DNA from: a virus
Taxonomy: Duplodnaviria; Caudoviricetes
DNA length: 64,000 nucleotides
Reading direction: 5' to 3' (one strand)
IMG/VR virus record: IMGVR_UViG_3300043959_000228
Shown here: piece after piece, positions 30,348-39,725 of the stretch
Layout: each line of letters begins with the position of its first letter
How positions within the stretch are numbered: position 1 is the first letter of the stretch
The notes under the pieces: generated by a model
Told to the model about the DNA's origin: nothing
The model's database searches: none
Seen by the model: the letters and a program-made list of their open reading frames with translations, nothing else
Program-made: the position numbers and the translations under genes

Positions 30348-30700
30348 GGGGTCGAAATGGCATCGATTGACTCTTATAACTGAATAGTGCAGGCGATGGA
30401 ATAGTAGTAGTACCATCTAAAAACTATCTGCTAACAATAATAGCTGCTAATACCAGTTCTGCTTTCGCGCTAGCCGCGTGAGCCGTGGATATATGATGTC
30501 AACGCCTCATCATACTATCCGCGTCAATCTAGGCGTCGGGGGATGATTCTAGAACTCAGTCATCCTGGTTGTTGAGTTCACCATTGATATGATCATATGC
30601 GTGTCATCAATCCTATCATATCAACATTATTGATGAGAAAGCCTGTACATCACTATCAGGGCGAGAGAGCAAGACCCGGGTTCGAATCCCGGCGACTCCA
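30348..30700 (+). ncRNA. ssrA: tmRNA; tag (A)ANTSSAFALAA encoded at 30446..30481
   Basis: GGGGTCG/CGACTCC acceptor stem with G3-U, discriminator A, T-arm CCGGGTTCGAATCCCGG, and a tag ORF ending in ALAA-stop. Confidence 0.93.
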
Positions 30701-30803
30701 CTGTCATCTTGTATACATATGTGTACAAGATCAATATGGTGCAAGATCGTATATGCATATGGTACAATTCCTCATAGTAATAGCATCTATTAGAGGAGGC
30801 CTT

Positions 30804-31346
30804 ATGGTTAAAGCATTGATTGGTACATCACTAAGGACATATTCAGTTGTCTATATTCAATATGACGGGCCACAATCAATTGAAGAACTCTCCAAGAATA
30901 TCGTAAATTGGGTATCTTCATCATCTATTCGTGAACTCACTAGGAATGGGCATATCACGAATCTTGGTTCTGGATTTGAAGGAACAAAATGGAAGCGATC
31001 AGAGAATGGCGTTAAATACAGGGATGTCCATTCCATCGCTCTCACCAGTAAAGAAGATTTCGAGAAACTCATGACACGATCACTGCCATCTATTAAACGT
31101 GATCAATTCAAGAAAGAATCTGATGAATACAACGCTAATCTTCCTAGCGGAAAACGCAAGAAGAGTCCAAAACTTTGTCATTACACTGATGACGGTTTTA
31201 GACCAGACGTGCTCTTCCTATGCACATCTATTCTGAATAATACGGCTATTCAATGGTCTGAATACACGTCTAAGAAGACTGGGTGGACGATATTGAAAAC
31301 CCTACAGGATCAAGCTGAGAAGGAATCACCGAAGAAGAAATCGTGA
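30804..31346 (+). CDS. hypothetical basic protein
   Basis: GGAGG RBS before ATG 30804 and TGGTACAAT upstream; the longer ORF call overlaps the tmRNA. Confidence 0.7.
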   Translation: MVKALIGTSLRTYSVVYIQYDGPQSIEELSKNIVNWVSSSSIRELTRNGHITNLGSGFEGTKWKRSENGVKYRDVHSIALTSKEDFEKLMTRSLPSIKRDQFKKESDEYNANLPSGKRKKSPKLCHYTDDGFRPDVLFLCTSILNNTAIQWSEYTSKKTGWTILKTLQDQAEKESPKKKS

Positions 31347-31365
31347 TTATCAATTAGCAGTATCA

Positions 31366-31403
31366 TTAAGGCCGGAATAATTTGCATATTATTCCGGCCT
31401 TAA
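31366..31403. terminator. bidirectional terminator between convergent genes
   Basis: TTAAGGCCGGAATAAT / ATTATTCCGGCCTTAA. Confidence 0.8.
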
Positions 31404-31429
31404 CTATAATGGTGACTAATCGTGTCTCA

Positions 31430-32344
31430 TCATGAGGAACACGATGATAACACGGTTTTCAGAGTTTGTTGATCTCGCTGAGTTACCGATATATGATACG
31501 ATAAAGCCGTATCAACCCATCTGCTGACATATGTACAGGATAACGCCTTATTCTTAGGCCTCCAAGCCGTAGGACCCTTTGACCCACGATCTCCTGATGT
31601 CGATGATGATACAACGGACAAGATCGACTGATCATTAGCATATGATGCACGTTGCTCGGTCGACCAGGACGACCCCCCATGTTGTTGTACATATTCTAAT
31701 GGAATAATTGGTATAACCGTCGATGAGCCAATATCCTTGATAACATCACCAGTATAGGCGTCTTTAGCTGATCCAGATATCGGCCTACATTTATCATCAG
31801 TGGTGAATCCTGCTGTCCTCATAACTAATTCCCGTGCATCGCATTGACCACTAATCATTTTCCAATGTGGCCATTCAGAAGCCTTATACGTGTCCTTTGA
31901 AGCCTCGCTAACGATTAACTGATCGGCCTTATTTGATGTTATTTGATTCTTATCATTCGCTGTAGCATCATGAGCATTAGCGTATTCGCTAGAATCCTTA
32001 TCATCAATCACGCCATCGCCATTGACGTCTCCAATTTTCTGTTGATTATCATGAGTATATAGACATGATGGATCGTCAACGAAATTACAGATTTGAGCAT
32101 TACTAATGTCCTTATCAACACCGGCTGCTCGTAATGATTGTGACGTATCATTAGATAATCCTCTGAAATACTCGATACCTGCTTCGATACTCGTGATATT
32201 GTTCACTTTGAGGAAAGCTAATAACGCGCCAATGGCTATTAAGGCTAATAACCATCCTACCATTGGGTGGGCTTGACCATGAGATCCTTTACCTGTTGGT
32301 CGCCTCTTCGTTTGACGACGATTATTCGCTGGCATACCGAGCAC
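31430..32344 (-). CDS. membrane-anchored DUF1524/HNH-like protein, catalytic residues apparently lost
   Basis: WPHW..CDARELV, DAYTG, GGSSWS..RASYAND, KGP.AWRP and C.YV.RW pattern, without the DH and N residues. Confidence 0.7.
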   Translation of the reverse strand: MLGMPANNRRQTKRRPTGKGSHGQAHPMVGWLLALIAIGALLAFLKVNNITSIEAGIEYFRGLSNDTSQSLRAAGVDKDISNAQICNFVDDPSCLYTHDNQQKIGDVNGDGVIDDKDSSEYANAHDATANDKNQITSNKADQLIVSEASKDTYKASEWPHWKMISGQCDARELVMRTAGFTTDDKCRPISGSAKDAYTGDVIKDIGSSTVIPIIPLEYVQQHGGSSWSTEQRASYANDQSILSVVSSSTSGDRGSKGPTAWRPKNKALSCTYVSRWVDTALSYHISVTQRDQQTLKTVLSSCSS

Positions 32345-32359
32345 CCCCTATTGACGATA

Positions 32360-32737
32360 TTATGATCTATGCAGAATCCGATTGATAGCTCTGCGCAACT
32401 GATCGGTAACATCCCTTATGACATATCGACATCCTAGCGTCCTAGCTTCTCTTACATATGACATGATTATGAAAGCATTCCAGCCAATGGCGAAGAATAT
32501 TAATGTCCAAACAGCGTATATCATACCAAGTATTGATATAACGCCAAGAGACACCCATGTAGATATGACCACACCAACATTATATGCTGTTAATAACAGC
32601 ATGATCCAATCATTCAACGTTCTAGGACCACCGAATATCCTCCAATTCCGGAAAGGAAAAACGCCCTTCTTCCAATTATCGGCTGTTAACATGGTGACTA
32701 AGGCCGTAAGGATCGTGTTGACTATAAGGTATACCAT
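32360..32737 (-). CDS. small membrane protein
   Basis: Hydrophobic helices; leaderless start 7 nt after TATATCT. Confidence 0.7.
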   Translation of the reverse strand: MVYLIVNTILTALVTMLTADNWKKGVFPFRNWRIFGGPRTLNDWIMLLLTAYNVGVVISTWVSLGVISILGMIYAVWTLIFFAIGWNAFIIMSYVREARTLGCRYVIRDVTDQLRRAINRILHRS

Positions 32738-32774
32738 ATGAATAAGATATAGGTGCTACACCTTAACATGCCGT

Positions 32775-34589
32775 CTACAGTCTGTTCCTAATCATCCTTG
32801 TACGATACTTCTTGACGTATTGATAACATGACTCCTCATCGTGGAACATAGCTTCTAAGCTGATATCTTTACCAATATCCTTCTCGATACGTAATCTGGC
32901 GGCCTTTGAACCGGCTCCACGTAAAGCAGCCTCAAGATCCTTAACTCTATGCTCATTATCCATAAGGCCTTCTCTGGCTTTCAACGCTCGTCTTCTCACA
33001 GCGTCATCAGCTTTCTTAGCGTCAGAGTCAATCATGAACGCTTCATCAGAGAGATCGTGACCCTCCATAATGACATCGTCAATAGATCGACAACGACTTA
33101 AAGCTACATATCCTAATCCACGTTGAAAGCAGTTACTAAGATTAATGACTGCTCCATCTAATGTCTGACCCTGAGATTTATGGACAGTGATTGCCCAGGC
33201 TAATCGTAACGGAAGGTACCGCACGAGAGCATCGGTAATCTCAACTTCCTTCAGTATTGTTGATCCATCATCAGCAATCACCGGTTTCACCTCAGTGTGC
33301 GTCTTAGTCGCGTCGATATAGTGAATCGTCACCTCTCTGAGCTCTTCATCTAATGATGGATCTAAGTTCTCAATATCCATATCATCTGATGATCTACTGT
33401 TCATTCTGACCTTGATAATTGGAATTTTCTGACCAGAACCATCCACAGAGGATCCTAATGATGTGACCACGCCCATCGATCCGTTTACATATCCTGGGAG
33501 AGCGTTATTTGATGTCAACATGATCACAGCGCCCTCCTTCAATTCTACGAATTTCAGATGTCCATTCTTAATGATTTCCTTACAATCATCTGGATCACCA
33601 TGACGTTGCAACGGATATCGATGTAATTCTGATGGTAATTCATCCAATCGATTCTGATTGTACTCATCAACACTTCTATTCACCGTGCGTAATCTCGTAT
33701 ACACTTTATCAGATGCTGGCTGTACATGGAATCTTGGATAGATGATTGGTCTCAACGTGTCAACATCAACGCCATCTCTGATACCATTGAGAAGATCGTT
33801 AAGTCTCATATCCTTAGATCTTCTGATCCTATCAAGATAGCAGAATTTGAAACCAGCTGATGAGAATAGTTTCTTACCATCTGTTCCCCTAGCGTGGAAG
33901 CAATATCCACTGTCGACTGGTTGACCAGAGCTGTCCAGCTGATGCGTATCGACTGGTGGTAACTGGAGGAAATCGCCAACTAAAACGATCTGTAATCCAC
34001 CAAAAGGTTGGTCCTTACCCCTAGCCTTACGACAAGCAGCGTCCAAATTAGACAGGAAATATGATGGCAGCATTGACACCTCATCAATAATCAAAATATC
34101 AGTGGCTTTAATGCGCTGCTTCGCTTTATACCATATCCTTTTCTGTTTCTCCGTCATTGTTGTCTCGTCAAAAGGGTCAACACTGATACCAAGACCTGAC
34201 CATGAGTGAATGGTCTTACCAAAAATCAAAGAGGCGGCGACGCCAGTACTAGCCGTAGCAGCAATTTCGATATTCCTGTATTCATTATTAAGACGAGGCC
34301 TAAATGAACAGATAATATCCTGGTACTTATCGATGACCCATGATTTTCCAGCACCCGCAGATCCGCAAAGAACAACATTATCACCGTGTAACAGCCAGTA
34401 AAGAGCCTCCTCTTGACTGGTGTACACGCTATTTGACAATTCATCATGCTCGTCAAAGACAGGTACGTACTGATGTAATCCAGCAGCATATGCTGCTTGT
34501 TGGATACTGGACGGTGATGACTCTATGGCCATATCATCAGAGAATAAATCAATCACGCTTCCTATAACCTCCATATTCAACCATCGCAT
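32775..34589 (-). CDS. Pif1-like SF1B DNA helicase
   Basis: GSAGAGKS, TASTGVAA, TIHSWSG, IIDEVSM, PFGGLQ..GDFLQLPPV, PLRLAWAITVHKSQG and YVALSR motifs. Confidence 0.92.
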   Translation of the reverse strand: MRWLNMEVIGSVIDLFSDDMAIESSPSSIQQAAYAAGLHQYVPVFDEHDELSNSVYTSQEEALYWLLHGDNVVLCGSAGAGKSWVIDKYQDIICSFRPRLNNEYRNIEIAATASTGVAASLIFGKTIHSWSGLGISVDPFDETTMTEKQKRIWYKAKQRIKATDILIIDEVSMLPSYFLSNLDAACRKARGKDQPFGGLQIVLVGDFLQLPPVDTHQLDSSGQPVDSGYCFHARGTDGKKLFSSAGFKFCYLDRIRRSKDMRLNDLLNGIRDGVDVDTLRPIIYPRFHVQPASDKVYTRLRTVNRSVDEYNQNRLDELPSELHRYPLQRHGDPDDCKEIIKNGHLKFVELKEGAVIMLTSNNALPGYVNGSMGVVTSLGSSVDGSGQKIPIIKVRMNSRSSDDMDIENLDPSLDEELREVTIHYIDATKTHTEVKPVIADDGSTILKEVEITDALVRYLPLRLAWAITVHKSQGQTLDGAVINLSNCFQRGLGYVALSRCRSIDDVIMEGHDLSDEAFMIDSDAKKADDAVRRRALKAREGLMDNEHRVKDLEAALRGAGSKAARLRIEKDIGKDISLEAMFHDEESCYQYVKKYRTRMIRNRL

Positions 34590-34627
34590 GCATTCAGAAG
34601 CATTACGCCTAATAGAATCTATTGTTA

Positions 34628-34770
34628 CTAAAAGTTGTAGTAAATTGTATCACGTTTTTTATGGCGGTACAAAAGTGAACTTTTAGCTGTACCTCCTGCG
34701 GAGGGCCGCAGTCCCGAGTAAGATTCGGGTGATTGCGGCGGGAGCTCGACAATTTGCGAGCTCCTCTTTA
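34628..34770 (-). ncRNA. putative omegaRNA (reRNA) scaffold overlapping the tnpB 3' end
   Basis: Four consecutive hairpins at 34666..34764 inside the CDS tail. Confidence 0.55.
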
Positions 34771-36136
34771 CTAGCTGCTTAAATTCTTGTCTGATATGAT
34801 TACGGTAAGATTTGGGTATCCTCACCTGACGCGGCGTCGGATGCCTCTTCTTAAGTTTCAGGATTTTATTCCTAGTCCTGCGTTTGTTCCGAACGGCGAG
34901 ATTCACCGCGGCCAGGGTGTCCCGGTCAATGGTTTTACCATCACTGAAAGTAACGGTTCTCCCTGATTTGACACCCTTATCCAGCGTGACCTGGTGCTGA
35001 GAAGAGGAATTCATCGCTGAGACCCGCTCCACGGTGATACCAGCCCGCTCCGCGGACGCAACGATCCGCTCATGAATCTCGGCGTGATTCCATTTACCGC
35101 CCTGGGATTTCAGCCACCGTAAGTCTTCAATATGGATCGTTGAGCAGTGTTGCTGCTTCGCAACGCAAACCACGGCTCGGCCGACCAAGTTGGCTAATTC
35201 TTGATGCTGATTCGTGATTTTCGATCTTACACGATTATATTCTGTCAAGAGCGTGGCTTCCCGGCCCGACAGTGCCGGGTTCTTTAAAGCTCGTATCCTG
35301 GAGATTTTTTCGTAGAGAGAATCCTTGTTCCTCTGAAGACGGCGAATCTTGTCGGCCAGTCGTTTCAGGTAACGATTCTGTATGTATTCATTACCATACC
35401 GGCCGGACGGGTATAAGGCCACCGCACTGAAAATCTTCACTCTACCAATATCTACGCCCAGAATACCGTTGCCTTCCGTCCGGCCCGGTGTGTATTCGAA
35501 GGCACATGTACCGATGAGTCTTCCGTCTCTTCTGCGACGGAAGAACCGTGGCTTTGCAATTTTGCCTGTCGGCTTCTCACTCAACGTATACGGGAACAAA
35601 ATGTCGTAGTCAAGCCACTTCCCGTCAAGAAGTTGGATTCGACAGGATGTACCCGTGAGCGTGAAATTCTGTGGAGCACTCACCGTGTAATCGAGTTGAA
35701 ATGTAGCCTCGCGAGCCATCTCGGGTTTAAGTTTACCTGAAAGAATATTCTCTACGCGACCCGAGGTCGCGTAGATTCTATGCTTCTTAGCTAAATTATT
35801 AAAAAGCTCAGGCGTAATTTTATCGTCATTATTCTTCAACTCATCAAAAATGATCTGGTTCTCAATCTTCGATTGCACCTCACGCCTGATGTTCTCGAAC
35901 AACATGATCCCGTACCAGGCGCGATTAGAAATAGGCCAGGTCTTCACACGCGCGCCTAGTTTCTTATTCATCTCGCGCCAAACATTACCCCTGTGTTGGG
36001 TGTAATCCACGGAAGCGATGAGCTTCCGTGATTCCTCATCCGAGAGGAAGAAGATGAGTTCCTTCTGGAGGAAATCGTATAGGGGTAGTAATTCGTCAGG
36101 GAATCTGATGTTGAAGGCTAGCCAGTGTTGCTTCAT
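34628..36136 (-). CDS. tnpB: TnpB-like RNA-guided RuvC nuclease (IS200/IS605/IS607 OrfB type)
   Basis: RuvC triad GVDIG, IEDL and DRDTLAAVNL; GGAGG RBS before ATG 36136; composition differs from the flanks. Confidence 0.85.
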   Translation of the reverse strand: MKQHWLAFNIRFPDELLPLYDFLQKELIFFLSDEESRKLIASVDYTQHRGNVWREMNKKLGARVKTWPISNRAWYGIMLFENIRREVQSKIENQIIFDELKNNDDKITPELFNNLAKKHRIYATSGRVENILSGKLKPEMAREATFQLDYTVSAPQNFTLTGTSCRIQLLDGKWLDYDILFPYTLSEKPTGKIAKPRFFRRRRDGRLIGTCAFEYTPGRTEGNGILGVDIGRVKIFSAVALYPSGRYGNEYIQNRYLKRLADKIRRLQRNKDSLYEKISRIRALKNPALSGREATLLTEYNRVRSKITNQHQELANLVGRAVVCVAKQQHCSTIHIEDLRWLKSQGGKWNHAEIHERIVASAERAGITVERVSAMNSSSQHQVTLDKGVKSGRTVTFSDGKTIDRDTLAAVNLAVRNKRRTRNKILKLKKRHPTPRQVRIPKSYRNHIRQEFKQLVKRSSQIVELPPQSPESYSGLRPSAGGTAKSSLLYRHKKRDTIYYNF

Positions 36137-36289
36137 TCTTCCTCCAAACCTGTATATATATATTATATCAAGAATCACGATGATTGACGAGATTCAATAA
36201 TTGTTAACGATGATATCATGTATGTTACCATAAATATCAATTATAAGAAATTATTGTTATTATACCATTCAATGGCTGTCTTGTAGGTG

Positions 36290-37522
36290 TTACATCAACG
36301 TGATCATGGTTCTATCCGTCATAAACTCAGGGCTGATGGCCGTTGATGTAGACATTTTGAAAGCATTATCATAGGCAGCACTACATACGGTAATAATACC
36401 ATCACGAGGATTCACCGCTGAACGATACACATCCGAGCCAATAAGCCAATGGAGATCATCGGGCAATGATCCCGCAATGATTCTTACTTGGATTTGAGGC
36501 ATCAGTGGTATCAGCACTGGTATTGAACCATCAGACACTAAAACAATTAAGAATCCGCTAGATGCAGCTATAGTCATTAACGTATATAAATTCATCATGA
36601 ATTGTCTCGATGGTCCATCCAGACTAGCAAACGGATCATACGATGGTCGTAGAACAGCAATAGCCTTTTTAACTTGGTCAGCTGAACCGGAATATTCAAT
36701 ATTCAGACCCAATCCCGGTCCAGAGCGGAAGAATGACGGAGCAGCTTCAACGGCTAAACGATTATATCGAAGACGAGAGGCAAAAATAAATAATGGCTCT
36801 CCCTCTACCTGCGACATTAGTAATGCCACTGACAAGGCTACATCTTCTCCGCATTCATTGCTGATGCTCTCAATCGTCAATATGTCCTTATCGTCTGACT
36901 GTTGATCAATCATAGATAAGGCTAGCAGACATACTGATGCACTAGTCGTATTAGGACACGGGGCGTGAAGAGCGTCACTATCAGATCCTGGTTGAATAAA
37001 ATCAATAATTGCCGTCAGTACATCCTGTGATAAGACCATAGCTGATAATCTCTGTGCAGTCGACCAACAATCCTGGTCATAATGTTGATCTGTCCCTTGA
37101 TCGCTATGATTCTCCTCAGCGTTCTTTAGACTAGCCTCCCATCCCTCAAGCACGAGGAGATGGTTAACCTGCTGGTCATGATCATCACTAGGTGTCGCCT
37201 TCGTCATGGATAGTAAAGCGTCATGAGTCATAATGGAAACAGATGATTGTAAATCATGGTCAGACCAATCATGAACACCATCTATCTGATCGCTCCTCGT
37301 CATAATGTCTTCTTGAATATTGAGTTCATGAAGAGCTGATATGACTTTACGAGCCACATCAATACGATCCTCACCAGCTATGATCATATTCTTCTTCGAC
37401 GATGGAGACATATCAATCGTCCAGTTCGTATTATTCTGATCGAATCGTAAGCCATGTTTGAAACCATTGTTCTTACGAGGCTTGTATTCTCGCTCTCTGC
37501 GCTTCTTTCCAAAACCAAACAT
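36290..37522 (-). CDS. hypothetical protein
   Basis: Long ORF; leaderless ATG at 37522 lies 7 nt after TGATATAAT. Confidence 0.7.
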   Translation of the reverse strand: MFGFGKKRREREYKPRKNNGFKHGLRFDQNNTNWTIDMSPSSKKNMIIAGEDRIDVARKVISALHELNIQEDIMTRSDQIDGVHDWSDHDLQSSVSIMTHDALLSMTKATPSDDHDQQVNHLLVLEGWEASLKNAEENHSDQGTDQHYDQDCWSTAQRLSAMVLSQDVLTAIIDFIQPGSDSDALHAPCPNTTSASVCLLALSMIDQQSDDKDILTIESISNECGEDVALSVALLMSQVEGEPLFIFASRLRYNRLAVEAAPSFFRSGPGLGLNIEYSGSADQVKKAIAVLRPSYDPFASLDGPSRQFMMNLYTLMTIAASSGFLIVLVSDGSIPVLIPLMPQIQVRIIAGSLPDDLHWLIGSDVYRSAVNPRDGIITVCSAAYDNAFKMSTSTAISPEFMTDRTMITLM

Positions 37523-37608
37523 ACAATATATTATATCATTCGATCTTAGGTCTTGATATCTTATTGTCACTACAGTAGAAGCACACCTGTACGAGAGGAG
37601 GATAGTTC

Positions 37609-38163
37609 ATGAGTGATAAGAATACAACACGTAAGGATGATCAGGTAGAGGATAAGAATTCTCAAGACGAATCTAGGCCTGTATTATCAGAAGGATTGAA
37701 CGACGATCATGATACCAATGCTACCGATCAACCATCGTCTACGAAGAAGAAGCATGTTGACATTCCTAGTCATCAAGGAGGAAAGTTGCCCTCATTCGAT
37801 GCTCTGAGAAAAGAGCATGATATGATTATTGTTATTAGGATTATCATGTTAATTGCAGTAGCTGTCATTCTCATGATTCCAATCCCCATTGCCTTTGTGG
37901 GTATGAAATTCGTCATCTTCGCATTCTTAGCTTACGCATCGATCTATAATGAGATTGAATTACGTAAAGAATCAGCTATGCGAGGTGATAAATTCTCGAA
38001 ACGCGCTCATACCGCATCGTATGCTGCTTTCATCATTGTCCTCATCCTATTCATCACGCTGTGTCTTATGGTAGGATCAAAGGTAAATATGATGGTTGAT
38101 GTTACGAATCAAGCCGTATCAACCTTACAGCAACTAGGATACGGAACCGTTATCATTAAATAA
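37609..38163 (+). CDS. membrane protein
   Basis: Three TM helices, GAGGAGG RBS, GATATCT at 37555. Confidence 0.75.
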   Translation: MSDKNTTRKDDQVEDKNSQDESRPVLSEGLNDDHDTNATDQPSSTKKKHVDIPSHQGGKLPSFDALRKEHDMIIVIRIIMLIAVAVILMIPIPIAFVGMKFVIFAFLAYASIYNEIELRKESAMRGDKFSKRAHTASYAAFIIVLILFITLCLMVGSKVNMMVDVTNQAVSTLQQLGYGTVIIK

Positions 38164-38195
38164 TGTCGTCAATTTTTGATTGATCCTCGTTACTA

Positions 38196-39656
38196 CTACT
38201 TGACCAGCCTGTTCTCATATAATCGATATCCGCTGCCAGTACCAACTGGCTGCAGATTAAGATTTTGAGCGCAGGCTGTATCTAAATTCGATCCAATAGG
38301 ATACAAATACCATCGAACATCATGTTGCAATGACGCGATATATCGACTCGATGTTGATCCACCATCAAGTAAGGCATCGGCATAATCCATCCAATCGCGA
38401 TGACCATTATGCGTGATGGTGTTAGATGATAATTCTGGACGAGCATCAATAGCTGTCTTCAATCCCATCCAGATGATCATGTTCCCATAATCCTCGGTTG
38501 AAGCCACCGGTCCTGGTTGATTCATCACGATATTGGCAAGACGATGGTTAATAACTGGCTGTTCTGTATAGGACGATTGTTGCATGCCAAGCGTTAATAT
38601 GATCATCATAACGCTAACTGATAAAGCAATCGTTATGTTCAATGAACGATGATCGTGGGGAAGTCGATGGCCATATCGTTGTTCAAATAGGACGGATGCA
38701 AGAAGCATAGGAATAACGATAAGCAAATAATTACGTATTGACCAGCAGGTTCCAATTATCACGAGTATCGAGAATAATAGCGTCGACCACCATAACGATG
38801 ATGATCTATAAGAGATGATTAGTGCTAGCATCATGATCGCTATGATGCCCATCAGCAATACAATGTCCATACTAGCCAAACTGGATATAGGCCGCATTTC
38901 TCGTATCACGTTTCTATATGCAGCCACGCCATATGATTGGAAGACGAAAATGAATCCACGCCATCCATATGGATTGATGATTAACGATATAATTTGGATG
39001 CAGCCGAGTAGACATATACCTTTAGCCGACCATATTGACGCTTGACGATGTACGATAACATCAATGATCATGTATCCAATAGGTATGGCAACGGTTAAAA
39101 TAGCCATAGCCATATGGAGATTACCGGCTAGTACGGTAACGGAAAGGAGCATAATAGCATAGTGATTATGATGACCTTCACGCCAGCTGACCACGATTAG
39201 TATCGAGAGCATGGCCGTGATGATGCTCCATATTGATGGTCGCATGGATGTGATCATCATGAGTATCACATATGATGCGCTAATGCCTATGATTGTAGGA
39301 ATACTGATTTGATGGTTAACGATGATTACTATCCTATACATGATTAGAATTAGTATGGATAATTGTAATCCGTGAATGCAAGCCAATCCGAATTGTCCAG
39401 CTAAATGATACGCTCCGTATGATATGACGGCTGATAGCCATTGTTCAATAATAACTGAACCACCATGGATAGTCCATGGATTCGTGGATGGGAATCCATG
39501 AGTGAGTATCCATCGACCATTCTCCAGAATGAACCATTGATCAGTTGCATAGGCTCCATTGCGTAAAGCTGACCATGTAATACTCATCATCGTTACGATG
39601 AGAGCGATCATTATTGGCTTCATGATTGCTCGATGATGCATGCTCAATATTCTCAT
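38196..39656 (-). CDS. polytopic membrane protein, probable GT-C glycosyltransferase
   Basis: DQWFILENGRWILTHGFP..EQWLS first loop, MRP, NLH, INPYG, IREM and IDAR motifs, about 12 TM helices. Confidence 0.6.
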   Translation of the reverse strand: MRILSMHHRAIMKPIMIALIVTMMSITWSALRNGAYATDQWFILENGRWILTHGFPSTNPWTIHGGSVIIEQWLSAVISYGAYHLAGQFGLACIHGLQLSILILIMYRIVIIVNHQISIPTIIGISASYVILMMITSMRPSIWSIITAMLSILIVVSWREGHHNHYAIMLLSVTVLAGNLHMAMAILTVAIPIGYMIIDVIVHRQASIWSAKGICLLGCIQIISLIINPYGWRGFIFVFQSYGVAAYRNVIREMRPISSLASMDIVLLMGIIAIMMLALIISYRSSSLWWSTLLFSILVIIGTCWSIRNYLLIVIPMLLASVLFEQRYGHRLPHDHRSLNITIALSVSVMMIILTLGMQQSSYTEQPVINHRLANIVMNQPGPVASTEDYGNMIIWMGLKTAIDARPELSSNTITHNGHRDWMDYADALLDGGSTSSRYIASLQHDVRWYLYPIGSNLDTACAQNLNLQPVGTGSGYRLYENRLVK

Positions 39657-39725
39657 ATGCTGTAGATATGGCTGAGAGTATATCTTATTTATGAAGATTA
39701 TAGGCTCTACTGATATAGGGGTATT

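Larger units (their letters stand above)
34628..36199 (-). mobile_element. non-autonomous TnpB-only insertion element (ends approximate)
   Basis: No tnpA adjacent; ATTGTTA direct repeat at 34621..34627 and 36200..36206; imperfect hairpin upstream of tnpB. Confidence 0.5.

Noticed and set aside
30670-30703. apparent tRNA (T-arm GGTTCGAATCC)
   Set aside because: It is the tRNA-like domain of the tmRNA; there is no anticodon arm.
30597-30803. 5' extension of ORF 30597..31346
   Set aside because: It overlaps the tmRNA 3' half; the RBS and promoter support ATG 30804.
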